From Lingula anatina (lineage: Eukaryota > Animalia > Brachiopoda): 64,000 nt of DNA. The notes beneath the pieces were generated by a model. That model was not told the origin of the DNA and made no database searches. It worked only from the letters and a program-made list of their open reading frames with translations. This document shows positions 48,201 through 59,281 of the stretch, in pieces. The DNA is taken from assembly GCA_051362555.1 (NCBI GenBank), contig CM120644.1, forward strand, positions 25,566,534-25,630,533. Reading direction: 5' to 3'. Within the stretch, counting starts at the first letter, position 1. Each line of letters begins with the position of its first letter. The translations under genes and the position numbers were made by a program.

Positions 48201-51200
48201 AGATGGGTAGATAATCAGCTAGTCCTGATATCTCTGATATGTTGTGTTCTAGGTGGGATGTTAAAGAGATAGGTAGATAATCAGCTAGTCCTGATATCTC
48301 TGATATGCTGTGTTCTAGGTGGGATGTTAAAGAGATAGGTAGATAATCAGCTAGTCCTGATATTTCTGATATGTTGTGTTCTAGGTAGGATGTTAAAGAG
48401 ATAGGTAGGTAATCAGCTAGTCTTGATATCTCTGATATGTTGTGTTCTAGGTGGGATGTTAAAGAGATGGGTAGATAATCAGCTAGTCCTGATATTTCTG
48501 ATATGTTGTGTTCTAGGTAGGATGTTGAAGAGATAGGTAGGTAATCAGCTAGTCTTGATATCTCTGATATGTTGTGTTCTAGGTGGGATGTTAAAGAGAT
48601 AGGTAGATAATCAACTAGTCTTGATATTTCTGATATGTTGTGTTCTAGGTAGGATGTTAAAGAGATAGGTAGGTAATCAGCTAGTCTTGATATCTCTGAT
48701 ATGTTGTGTTCTAGGTGGGATGTTAAAGAGATAGGTAGATAATCAGCTAGTCCTGATATCTCTGATATGTTGTGTTCTAGGTGGGATGTTAAAGAGATAG
48801 GTAGATAATCAGCTAGTCCTGATATTTCTGATATGCTGTGTTCTAGGTGGGGTGTTAGAGAGATAGGTAGATAATCAACTAGTCTTGATATTTCTGATAT
48901 GTTGTGTTCTAGGTAGGATGTTAAAGAGATAGGTAGGTAATCAGCTAGTCTTGATATCTCTGATATGTTGTGTTCTAGGTGGGATGTTAAAGAGATAGGT
49001 AGATAATCAGCTAGTCCTGATATCTCTGATATGCTGTGTTCTAGGTGGGGACTGGGTTCAGTTTTACTGATGATGACAAGGGCTATGCCACCAATGAAGA
49101 GGATGTAGCTGATAACTTGTACAGGTAAGTTTTCCCATTTGTTTTATGTTCTAATTTAAACTTGCCTGCTCAGTTTTAGATGTGATCTAACATTTTATGA
49201 GACACAAGGTGTAGTCTCCTACTGAACATATTGGTAAATTTCTTTCAGTGCACTTATCCAGTTTTTCACAGTTTTCCCAGAATTCCAGAAAAATGACTTT
49301 TATGCAACGGGAGAGGTGAGTTTTTGAATCAGAAACTCGCAGTGAGTCCTGAAGTCATGCTTGATTTTTGTAAAGTCAGCACCATTCTACCATTTTTTGT
49401 AGAGTGGTATCTAGGGTTTAGAAAGTCTTGTATGATGTCAACAATGAAATAAGAAATTAGGGTATAGGAAGTGTAGGGGATTTCTTCCATTTTCCAGCTT
49501 TGGCTTGTCCCATCCCAGCTTTCATGGAAATGGTGTTTTTTCTGTTGAAATGTTTGTTGAGAGAGGTGTTTTCAGTGGGTCTGTTCTTTCAGTCGTATGC
49601 AGGGAAATATGTCCCAGCTATCACCTACAAGATCCACATGATGAATCCCACAGCAAAGACCAAGATCTACCTCAGAGGGATGGCCATTGGAGACGGACTC
49701 TGTGAGCCAGAAACTGTATGTATAAATTTGAAGTTTCCATTTCATAAATTTACATATATGTTTATGTATGTTAATTTTTAAGCAATATTATATTCTTCTC
49801 AGGCAAATTGCATTGTTGTTCCAGATGCTGCCATCTCTAGGAAGTTTCATGTTCAATACTGGCCAGGCAGATGAAAGCCAGCGCAAATACATAGATGGAG
49901 CCACTGCCCAAGCCGTTCAGTATATTAAACAGCAACAGTGGATCAAGGCCTTTAATGTATTGGCATATTATGCAATTTTTAATTTTCTAATGGTTTATAA
50001 ATAGCTAGAACTTTTGTATATACTTATATGTATGAATGCATATTATTAGCAATTTTAGTGTTAAGCAAGATGTTTATATTTATTAAAACCTGATTTGGGT
50101 TAACTTTAATTATTACAGTCGTTACTACATGTGTCCTTACTATTCCAATATTCTTCCAGGTGTTTGATATCCTTCTAAATGGAGACACAATTCCATATCC
50201 ATCTTACTTCACCAATATCACAGGGTCCACATTTTACTACAACTACATGCTGATGAGGGTATGTTACACAATTCCATATCCATCTTACTTCACCAATATC
50301 ACAGGGTCCACATTTTACTACAACTACATGCTGATGAGGGTATGTTACACAATTCCATATCCATCTTACTTCACCAATATCACAGGGTCCACATTTTACT
50401 ACAACTACATGCTGATGAGGGTATGTTACACAATTCCATATCCATCTTACTTCACCAATATCACAGGGTCCACATTTTACTACAACTACATGCTGATGAG
50501 GGTATGTTACACAATTCCATATCCATCTTACTTCACCAATATCACAGGGTCCACATTTTACTACAACTACATGCTGATGAGGGTATGTTACACAATTCCA
50601 TATCCATCTTACTTCACCAATATCACAGGGTCCACATTTTACTACAACTACATGCTGATGAGGGTTTGAAACTAAGTTTATATTTTAAAAAATATACACT
50701 CAATCTGTGTTTGACAACAGTTATTTCATATTTGCCTTCCTATTTATTTAAATATTGATTGATATATTAAACAATCTACTCTTCATGCATGGGGAATGCT
50801 ATGTTTAAGATGAGTTAGAAGAAAGTTCCTTCCTTGTTAATGAAATATTATGAACTTCTGTGTGTCCTAGGAGAGCTTTAGAGTCTTAGGGGGTGTTCCC
50901 ATAAACCCAATGTACTAGCTGGATTGCCCTTACTCTGCTGGGATTCTCACTTAATTGCATTCCGTGTAAGCAGCTTAAGTGTCTGCATGCCCACTCCGGC
51001 TGCTAGACAATTTAGCTGCTTAAACTGAAAGCACTTTACTGAGGTACCCTGCTGAGTAAGATCAATCCAGCTAGTACATTGGGTTTATGGGAATTCATTT
51101 AACACAGTCTTATTGTCATTTTACTTTAGAAACTACAAGCATATTATGGGATGTGATTTAGGTATGCATTCTTTTTATCAAACATTTCTAAACTGCTGAC

Positions 51201-54200
51201 CACATTCTAGGAGCCGGAATCGTTTGGTTATTACAACAAGTACCTGGCCAGATCAGATGTGAGGAAGGCCATCCACGTGGGAAACCTGACCTTCCATGAT
51301 GGCAGCAAAGTGGAGCAGTTTCTGCTGCAGGATGTCATGAAGTCTGTGAAACCTTGGATGACAGAGATTTTCAACACAAGAAAGGTGGAAAACATGTTTT
51401 CTCTCAATACACAGTTGTGGAACGTCGATCTGTGCTCTTCCAGCTTTGTTGAATAAACAAGTTGAATACCAGACTTTTCATTTATGTGTAATGATTAATA
51501 TTTGTGCTTTATTGACATAAATATTATATTCTGAAATCATTCCATGGTTAAGTATTTAAGTATTTCGGCTTTGACAGAGAGTAGGATGTGTTGATGTAGT
51601 AGCCAGTTTCTGTTGCATGTAGATGATGTTCTGTCCTGTTCTTGTGACATTGTAGGTATTGATCTACAGTGGTCAGTTGGATGTGATAATTGCAGCAGTG
51701 ATGACAGAGTCTTTCCTAAGTACTGTAGTTATGTTCTGTTCTTGTGACATTGTAGGTATTGATCTACAGTGGTCAGTTGGATGTGATAATTGCAGCAGTG
51801 ATGACAGAGTCTTTCCTAAGTACTGTAGTTATGTCCTGTTCTTGTGACATTGTAGGTATTGATCTACAGTGGTCAGTTGGATGTGATAATTGCAGCAGTG
51901 ATGACAGAGTCTTTCCTAAGTACTGTAGTTATGTCCTGTTCTTGTGATATTGTAGGTATTGATCTACAGTGGTCAGTTGGATGTGATAATTGCAGCAGTG
52001 ATGACAGAGTCTTTCCTAAGTACTGTAGTTATGTTCTGTTCTTGTGATATTGTAGGTATTGATCTACAGTGGTCAGTTGGATGTGATAATTGCAGCAGTG
52101 ATGACAGAGTCTTTCCTAAGTACTGTAGTTATGTCCTGTTCTTGTGATATTGTAGGTATTGATCTACAGTGGTCAGTAGGATGTGATAATTGCAGCAGTG
52201 ATGACAGAGTCTTTCCTAAGTACTGTAGTTATGTTCTGTTCTTGTGACATTGTAGGTATTGATCTACAGTGGTCAGTTGGATGTGATAATTGCAGCAGTG
52301 ATGACAGAGTCTTTCCTAAGTACTGTAGTTATGTCCTGTTCTTGTGACATTGTAGGTATTGATCTACAGTGGTCAGTTGGATGTGATAATTGCAGCAGTG
52401 ATGACAGAGTCTTTCCTAAGTACTGTAGTTATGTCCTGTTCTTGTGATATTGAAGGTATTGATCTACAGTGGTCAGTTGGATGTGATAATTGCAGCAGTG
52501 ATGACAGAGTCTTTCCTAAGTACTGTAGTTATGTCCTGTTCTTGTGACATTGTAGGTATTGATCTACAGTGGTCAGTTGGATGTGATAATTGCAGCAGTG
52601 ATGACAGAGTCTTTCCTAAGTACTGTAGTTATGTTCTGTTCTTGTGACATTGTAGGTATTGATCTACAGTGGTCAGTTGGATGTGATAATTGCAGCAGTG
52701 ATGACAGAGTCTTTCCTAAGTACTGTAGTTATGTCCTGTTCTTGTGACATTGTAGGTATTGATCTACAGTGGTCAGTTGGATGTGATAATTGCAGCAGTG
52801 ATGACAGAGTCTTTCCTAAGTACTGTAGTTATGTCCTGTTCTTGTGATATTGTAGGTATTGATCTACAGTGGTCAGTTGGATGTGATAATTGCAGCAGTG
52901 ATGACAGAGTCTTTCCTAAGTACTGTAGTTATGTTCTGTTCTTGTGATATTGTAGGTATTGATCTACAGTGGTCAGTTGGATGTGATAATTGCAGCAGTG
53001 ATGACAGAGTCTTTCCTAAGTACTGTAGTTATGTCCTGTTCTTGTGATATTGTAGGTATTGATCTACAGTGGTCAGTAGGATGTGATAATTGCAGCAGTG
53101 ATGACAGAGTCTTTCCTAAGTACTGTAGTTATGTTCTGTTCTTGTGACATTGTAGGTATTGATCTACAGTGGTCAGTTGGATGTGATAATTGCAGCAGTG
53201 ATGACAGAGTCTTTCCTAAGTACTGTAGTTATGTCCTGTTCTTGTGACATTGTAGGTATTGATCTACAGTGGTCAGTTGGATGTGATAATTGCAGCAGTG
53301 ATGACAGAGTCTTTCCTAAGTACTGTAGTTATGTCCTGTTCTTGTGACATTGTAGGTATTGATCTACAGTGGTCAGTTGGATGTGATAATTGCAGCAGTG
53401 ATGACAGAGTCTTTCCTAAGTACTGTAGTTATGTCCTGTTCTTGTGATATTGTAGGTATTGATCTACAGTGGTCAGTAGGATGTGATAATTGCAGCAGTG
53501 ATGACAGAGTCTTTCCTAAGTACTGTAGTTATGTTCTGTTCTTGTGACATTGTAGGTATTGATCTACAGTGGTCAGTTGGATGTGATAATTGCAGCAGTG
53601 ATGACAGAGTCTTTCCTAAGTACTGTAGTTATGTCCTGTTCTTGTGATATTGTAGGTATTGATCTACAGTGGTCAGTAGGATGTGATAATTGCAGCAGTG
53701 ATGACAGAGTCTTTCCTAAGTACTGTAGTTATGTTCTGTTCTTGTGACATTGTAGGTATTGATCTACAGTGGTCAGTTGGATGTGATAATTGCAGCAGTG
53801 ATGACAGAGTCTTTCCTAAGTACTGTAGTTATGTCCTGTTCTTGTGACATTGTAGGTATTGATCTACAGTGGTCAGTTGGATGTGATAATTGCAGCAGTG
53901 ATGACAGAGTCTTTCCTAAGTACTGTAGTTATGTCCTGTTCTTGTGACATTGTAGGTATTGATCTACAGTGGTCAGTTGGATGTGATAATTGCAGCAGTG
54001 ATGACAGAGTCTTTCCTAAGTACTGTAGTTATGTCCTGTTCTTGTGATATTGTAGGTATTGATCTACAGTGGTCAGTTGGATGTGATAATTGCAGCAGTG
54101 ATGACAGAGTCTTTCCTAAGTACTGTAGTTATGTTCTGTTCTTGTGATATTGTAGGTATTGATCTACAGTGGTCAGTTGGATGTGATAATTGCAGCAGTG

Positions 54201-55135
54201 ATGACAGAGTCTTTCCTAAGTACTGTACCTTGGCAGTATCAAGATGAGTATCTGCGTGCTGACCGCTGGATCTGGAAGGTGAACAAAGCAGACTCTGAGG
54301 TGGCTGGATATGTAAGAAGAGTACATGACTTTTATCAGGTAGGGAGTGGAGCCAAGAGATCTTTCTTTTCTCAAGCACCCTCCTTAATTTTACCTCAGTT
54401 GATTCAGAATACCTCTGTCTCAGTAATAAACCTAAAATTATCATTTTCACTGCATTGTGCTATAATAAGTTGACTTGTAAATAAGATATGTTGTATCTAA
54501 AACCTAACATGGTAGATAACCTTGTTCTCACATAGAAATTCAGCATACAAGGTGGTGGTCATATTCTACCCTATGATCAGCTTTATAATGGACATGTTGT
54601 CATATAGAATATAAAGATATAATTTGATATATTCTAGGTTATAGTACGAGGTGGTGGTCATATTCTACCCTATGATCAGCTATATAATGGAAATGTTGTC
54701 ATATAGAATATAAAGATATAATTTGATATATTCTAGGTTATAGTACGAGGTGGTGGTCATATTCTACCCTATGATCAGCTATATAATGGAAATGTTGTCA
54801 TATAGAATATAAAGATATAATTTGATATATTCTAGGTTATAGTACGAGGTGGTGGTCATATTCTACCCTATGATCAGCTATATAATGGACATGTTGTCAT
54901 ATAGAATATAAAGATATAATTTGATATATTCTAGGTTATAGTACGAGGTGGTGGTCATATTCTACCCTATGATCAGCTATATAATGGAAATGTTGTCATA
55001 TAGAATATAAAGATATAATTTGATATATTCTAGGTTATAGTACGAGGTGGTGGTCATATTCTACCCTATGATCAGCCAGCTAGAAGTTTAGACATGATGG
55101 ACAGGTTCATCAACAACAAACCATTCAACAAGTAA
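36079..55135 (+). CDS. CPVL: Serine carboxypeptidase CPVL-like (peptidase S10), 12 coding exons, 480 aa, signal peptide
   Basis: Spliced ORF of 1443 nt with [50 protein letters not shown], catalytic GESYAG, GQLDVII and [11 protein letters not shown] motifs. Confidence 0.95.
36224..37361. repeat. 60-61-bp tandem repeat (about 19 copies) of the CPVL coding exon 1 3' end and gtaggt donor
   Basis: Unit ctctcttcctgacatctctcatagagaaaggacagatagcacaaggtaggtataggacaaa. Confidence 0.93.
37451..37569 (+). CDS. CPVL: CPVL coding exon 2 (RAASAVGP...FFWFFPAQ)
   Basis: ctttag / gtgtgt. Confidence 0.92.
37585..38595. repeat. 19-bp degenerate minisatellite starting just after the CPVL exon 2 donor
   Basis: Unit acactgtcaca(c/t)c(c/t)aacac. 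Confidence 0.9.
38900..39014 (+). CDS. CPVL: CPVL coding exon 3 ([30 protein letters not shown]...)
   Basis: ttccag / gtgagt. Confidence 0.92.
39955..40013 (+). CDS. CPVL: CPVL coding exon 4 ([19 protein letters not shown])
   Basis: ttgtag / gtaagt. Confidence 0.92.
40056..49050. repeat. 66-bp tandem array (roughly 120 copies) carrying the CPVL exon 5 acceptor, with four hairpin interruptions
   Basis: Unit gatatgttgtgttctag|gtgggatgttaaagagataggtagataatcaactagtcttgatatttct; the last copy runs into GTG GGG ACT GGG (VGTG). Confidence 0.95.
43894..44102. mobile_element. 209-bp foldback/MITE-like hairpin with 61-bp arms; further copies at 44809-45017, 46384-46592, 47299-47507
   Basis: ttcaaattactg...attacctccaat and its exact reverse complement. 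Confidence 0.75.
49045..49124 (+). CDS. CPVL: CPVL coding exon 5 ([26 protein letters not shown])
   Basis: ttctag / gtaagt. Confidence 0.92.
49249..49315 (+). CDS. CPVL: CPVL coding exon 6 ([22 protein letters not shown])
   Basis: tttcag / gtgagt. Confidence 0.92.
49593..49715 (+). CDS. CPVL: CPVL coding exon 7 ([10 protein letters not shown]...[13 protein letters not shown]; catalytic Ser)
   Basis: tttcag / gtatgt. Confidence 0.92.
49825..49956 (+). CDS. CPVL: CPVL coding exon 8 ([13 protein letters not shown]...WIKAFN)
   Basis: ttccag / gtattg. Confidence 0.88.
50160..50258 (+). CDS. CPVL: CPVL coding exon 9 ([33 protein letters not shown])
   Basis: ttccag / first gtatgt donor. Confidence 0.88.
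50186..50665. repeat. 81-bp perfect tandem repeat (6 copies) of the CPVL exon 9 3' part and donor, in frame
   Basis: ORF 50160-50669 repeats [27 protein letters not shown]. Confidence 0.95.
50889..51098. mobile_element. Harbinger-like MITE
   Basis: 31-bp perfect inverted repeat ttcccataaacccaatgtactagctggattg (50896-50926 / 51063-51093), TTA flanks. Confidence 0.7.
51211..51384 (+). CDS. CPVL: CPVL coding exon 10 (EPESFGYY...VRKAIHVGN...[14 protein letters not shown])
   Basis: ttctag / gtggaa. Confidence 0.88.
51632..54228. repeat. 100-bp tandem repeat (26 copies) of the CPVL exon 11 acceptor and first 72 nt
   Basis: Acceptors every 100 bp from 51655 to 54155; each encodes [24 protein letters not shown]. 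Confidence 0.96.
54156..54338 (+). CDS. CPVL: CPVL coding exon 11 ([12 protein letters not shown]...[15 protein letters not shown]; catalytic Asp)
   Basis: last ttgtag acceptor of the 100-bp array / gtaggg. Confidence 0.9.
54550..55077. repeat. 99-bp tandem repeat (5 acceptors plus a partial copy) of the CPVL last-exon acceptor and first 43 nt
   Basis: Exon-start copies at 54638, 54737, 54836, 54935, 55034. Confidence 0.94.
55034..55135 (+). CDS. CPVL: CPVL last coding exon ([33 protein letters not shown]; catalytic His)
   Basis: last ttctag acceptor of the 99-bp array; TAA at 55133-55135. Confidence 0.9.
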   Translation, partial: VIVRGGGHILPYDQPARSLDMMDRFINNKPFNK

Positions 55136-55593
55136 GCAGTGGTATGCTAACTGCCAGGGCCCCAATAGCTGCTGAAGAGGAAAGACAAATGCTGCATGAA
55201 CTTTAAAGACTTTAAATCATAAATAAATTTCTAAGGTTGGAAGTTAACTAAGGTGCATTCTGACCAGCATCAAGAGACACTGTGAATTTTAGAACATGAA
55301 AATGTCATGAAATCCAAGCATCCAGTTACTAGTCACTGTAACTTTATACAACTACCTGAAAGCCTTCTTAACATGCTGTCATTTTACATAGTACACAAAT
55401 TGTTAAATTTTAATGCCAGTAAGAGATTTTTCAAGTTTCATCCTGTCAGCTGTGTCAAGTTTGAATTCTCACTCATGATTCTCATGTTAATTTATAATAT
55501 GTTGGACTTATACCAGGTATATCACTTTTAAGTAATTAAAATTATTTTAAGAGACAGAAATCAATTTCATATATATAATCAATTTATTTGGTA

Positions 55594-55599
55594 AATAAA
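55594..55599 (+). terminator. Candidate CPVL polyadenylation signal AATAAA (another at 55222-55227)
   Basis: Hexamer downstream of the stop; the AT-rich context makes this weak. Confidence 0.3.
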
Positions 55600-55690
55600 T
55601 TTTAATATACTATTATCAGAGTGATTAAAATACTTCAAGCTCTATAAAGTGTGTCTAGTTCACCCTATTTATATCTTTAAAATACTGCTC

Positions 55691-57285
55691 TTATTGTACC
55701 ACCAGCGTAGGCGCTGGCGGTACACATGGTTTTAGTCCCGTCCGGATCATTCCACCAGCTCTGCCGGACGGCTACCGTTACTGCTTCTCCTCCAAGACGG
55801 TGAGGGCCCCCGTACCCATCTCTTGGATTTAGGTCACCTATAATCTTAACTTGTTCCACGTAAAATTTGGGCTTTGTCGGTATTGGGGTCTAGGTGTGGC
55901 ACTCATTGCAATGCACCCTTATCTAAAAATGGTAAAATTAAATGCTAATTATCTACCCTACGGAAGGAATTATGGGAAAAATTTCTACAGACGACTTTCC
56001 AAAAGTCATATGTGTAGATTTCAAATATGCCCTTGGATTTGACCTTTGACCTTTTTTTTCAAGGTCAAATAGGCCAAAATGTTCTAAAAAACATTTTTTT
56101 ACGAAAAAAAAAAAAAAAATTTGCCCTGTTATTCAGACACCACAAAGACTTAACCAATAATATTATTGGAAAGTGTTACCCTTCAGGTCATCTTTCATCT
56201 CCGTGAATTTAGGGTCAATCAGTGCATTTTCACGGGAGAAGCGGCCATAAGATACCGAAACTGAAAACTGTCTCTAATTCGGGAACCGTTAATGCTAGAG
56301 ACCCATTCTTTTTTGCATATTGTAGAGCAAGTAAAGCCCAACACTGATAGAGGTCTCCGTTTTTTTGTATTCCATATGGTTTTCGAGTTATGCTGTATCA
56401 AAAAGTACATATTGGTGGTGAAAGCAAAATGTACAGTACGGTAATGGATAATAAATTTTGAACTCTGGAAAAATAAAACATAAGGCTTGGCAAAGCAGAC
56501 AACTTGTGGTCAAAAATGACATTATTTCATCAAATTTGAACTTCTGGAACTTCAGAGGACCTCCCATTTCAAGAATTTTGACCAAAATGATCTTTTCTTA
56601 ATTTTAATTAATTTTTTCTGTAGGAAATTTATGGAACATTATGGTAACTCCAAAATTATAACATTTAGTCCCTTATATCTCCAAAACTGGCAGAGATAGG
56701 TACATAGTTACTATTGAAGTTGAATAGGAAGTAATATACTGGGAATCTTACTGTGACCTTGAAATTGACATTTGACCTACTTTTCACCATGAACTGAACT
56801 TTGCAAATTTTGCTTCCCTTTTATCTCCAAAACTGGTAGAGATAAGTCCATAGTTACTATTGAACTTGAATGGGAAGTCATAAACTGGCAATCTTACTGT
56901 GACCTTGAAATTGACCTTTGACCTACTTATTATCATGAACTGAACTCTGCTTATTTCTTTCTCTTTTAACTCCAAACCTGGCAGACATAGGTCCATAGTT
57001 ATATTGAAGTTGGATAGGAAGTCATATACTGGCAATTTACTGTGACCTTGAAATTGACCTTTGACCTACCTTACGATGAACTTAACTTTGATTGTACCAT
57101 TTTTAGTTATATATATTTTTTGCATATTTTGAAAATTCTTGTTGATTGCATTTTTACAGCTTGTCAAGCACAAGACTGGTGGCTGTGTCCCTTATTTTGT
57201 GTATGTGGGGGGTCTATACGAATGCGCTTACTCCAGCTGGTGGTACAATATTCGGAGGCGGTATCGCCTCTCTGATCCTGTAATT
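55691..57285 (+). mobile_element. Third copy of the HINE-like family (opposite orientation)
   Basis: Starts ttattgtaccaccagcgtaggcgctggcggtac, ends gctggtggtacaatattcggaggcggtatcgcctctctgatcc. Confidence 0.82.
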
Positions 57286-57890
57286 ATATATGGTGCAGTA
57301 GCTAACCAAATTTAATATATTTTTTTAAAAAGTCTACAAGCTTTATAGGTTGTTTAAGTACAGCCCATTTACATTATTATACACGTACTAAAGAGGATGC
57401 CATTGTTTACCCAATTTATATCATTAAAACATTGCGTGTACATATTTAATAAGTCATGACTGCTATTTAATTAAAATTAGGACGCTGCTTAGATTCACAT
57501 ATCACTGGAATGCTGCCTTCAGTAAGGAGTAAACTTAAGGTAAAAGGGTTAGGGTGCCACCTGCATGTAGGGAGACACATTAAACCCTCATGTACCGGTA
57601 GGTTGACACCTGGCACCATATAAAGGTTGACAGCTGGGTAACATCTGACAACCTAAAATAAGGTGACACCTGATATCTTGATGTAGGGTGGCACCTGAAA
57701 TTTTGATAGAGTAACCCCTGGCAGATTAATATATGGTGATACCTGACACCTTCATCGATACAGGTAGGTGGCTGAAAGTAGGATGATACCTGTCTGCTAC
57801 ATATAGGATGACACTTGACACTTCTACAGGGTAACACCTTACATTTATATTCAGTGGCACCTGAAATTTTCATGTAGGTAACACCTCACA

Positions 57891-58127
57891 TTATTGCACC
57901 ACCAGTGTGGCACTGGCAGTACACACATATGGTTTTAGTCCTGTATCATCCACCAGCTCCACCGGGCTCCGCTGGCTCTGTCACCACGTCACCATTACTG
58001 CTTCTCCTAGACTATCAGAGCCTCGGTATAGGTCAAATATAATCTTAATTAACTCAATCCATGTAAATTTTTGTAATTTTTTGCCAGTGCAGTGGTCTAG
58101 GTGTGGCACTTAATTAACGCAATGCCC
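57891..58127 (+). mobile_element. Degenerate terminal fragment of the HINE-like family
   Basis: ttattgcaccaccagtgtggcactggcagtacac...atggttttagtcc resembles 55691-55920. Confidence 0.65.
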
Positions 58128-58696
58128 CACCAAGCGCCTTGAGTTGTCACCGGGACCTCAAAGTCTCGGGTAGTACTGTGCGGTAAAGCACGTTCCCAGA
58201 TTTAATGTAAGGTGAGCTGAGATGGTCTTCCTGGCAAATGTTTCACACATAGTAATGTTAAGGTCCACCTTGTACCCCATACCATATCTGACAAAACACG
58301 CGTCTCTATATACAATTACTTTAAACTGAGTGGGAACGCCTACAGTGTTCACTTCAAAAATATTTTAACTGCATTTGTTTGACATCCCTTCTACGTAACG
58401 TCCTTTCTCTCACGTTAATTCTATGCATCATATTATTAGATGAAAATAGTAAATGGAAGCAAACATGTCAATCCACCGGTATACTACCCTCTACCATTGT
58501 CGCAGTTATTATTGTGGACATTTTTTGCTGAATCGACTGAGTGCCCTAGTGATCGTCTATTTATCTACAGAGATATCTGTGAATATATCTTGTGAAAAAA
58601 TCAATCAGTCGCCCTGGTAGAGGGTACCCGTATACAGTTGGGCTCAGAAAGAACTCTCCATATTGTTATCTGTTTGTTACCTCTTGTTACCAAAAG

Positions 58697-58860
58697 TGGG
58701 GCCGTAGCAATAGTCCGAAGGTTCATTGGTCCGAATGTTAGCCATAGAATCTTCGGACCAATGAACCCTTGATTAACAAAAACCGATGAAAATGTTACCG
58801 TTTTTCGAGCCAATGAACCTTCGGACCAATGAACCTTAATTCGGCCATCGAGACACCCCG
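58697..58860. mobile_element. Small MITE-like element with repeated ttcggaccaatgaacc motifs in inverted orientation
   Basis: ccgaaggttcattggtccgaa versus ttcggaccaatgaacc copies. Confidence 0.5.
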
Positions 58861-58972
58861 CACAAAGAGTAACTATCTAGCTAACAGTGATAGTTATGGG
58901 GTATTAAAGCTGACACCTCTGTGGTCACAGTCTGTTTACACAGGGGATAACATCTTATGCTACAATGAGTAA

Positions 58973-59220
58973 TCAAGCTATACTGACCCACAGTAACACA
59001 GTGTCAAGCTATACTGACCCACAGTAACACAGTGTCAAGCTATACTGACACACAGTAACACAGTGTCAAGCTATACTGACCCACAGTAACACAGTGTCAA
59101 GCTATACTGACCCACAGTAACACAGTGTCAAGCTATACTGACACACAGTAACACAGTGTCAAGCTATACTGACCCACAGTAACACAGTGTCAAGCTATAC
59201 TGACACACAGTAACACAGTG
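58973..59220. repeat. 31-bp minisatellite (8 copies)
   Basis: Unit tcaagctatactgac(c/a)cacagtaacacagtg. Confidence 0.92.
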
Positions 59221-59281
59221 AGCAAACATGCATTAATTGTGTGCAAGTAACACAATCCGTCAGTGAAAGAGGGGCGGCTAA

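Noticed and set aside
51659-54147. About 20 62-aa ORFs as a tandem gene family
   Set aside because: They are partial copies of CPVL exon 11 starting at TTG, with no promoter or donor of their own.
5460-54228. Regular arrays as CRISPR loci
   Set aside because: Units are head-to-tail with no unique spacers, there are no cas genes, and the context is spliceosomal eukaryotic genes.
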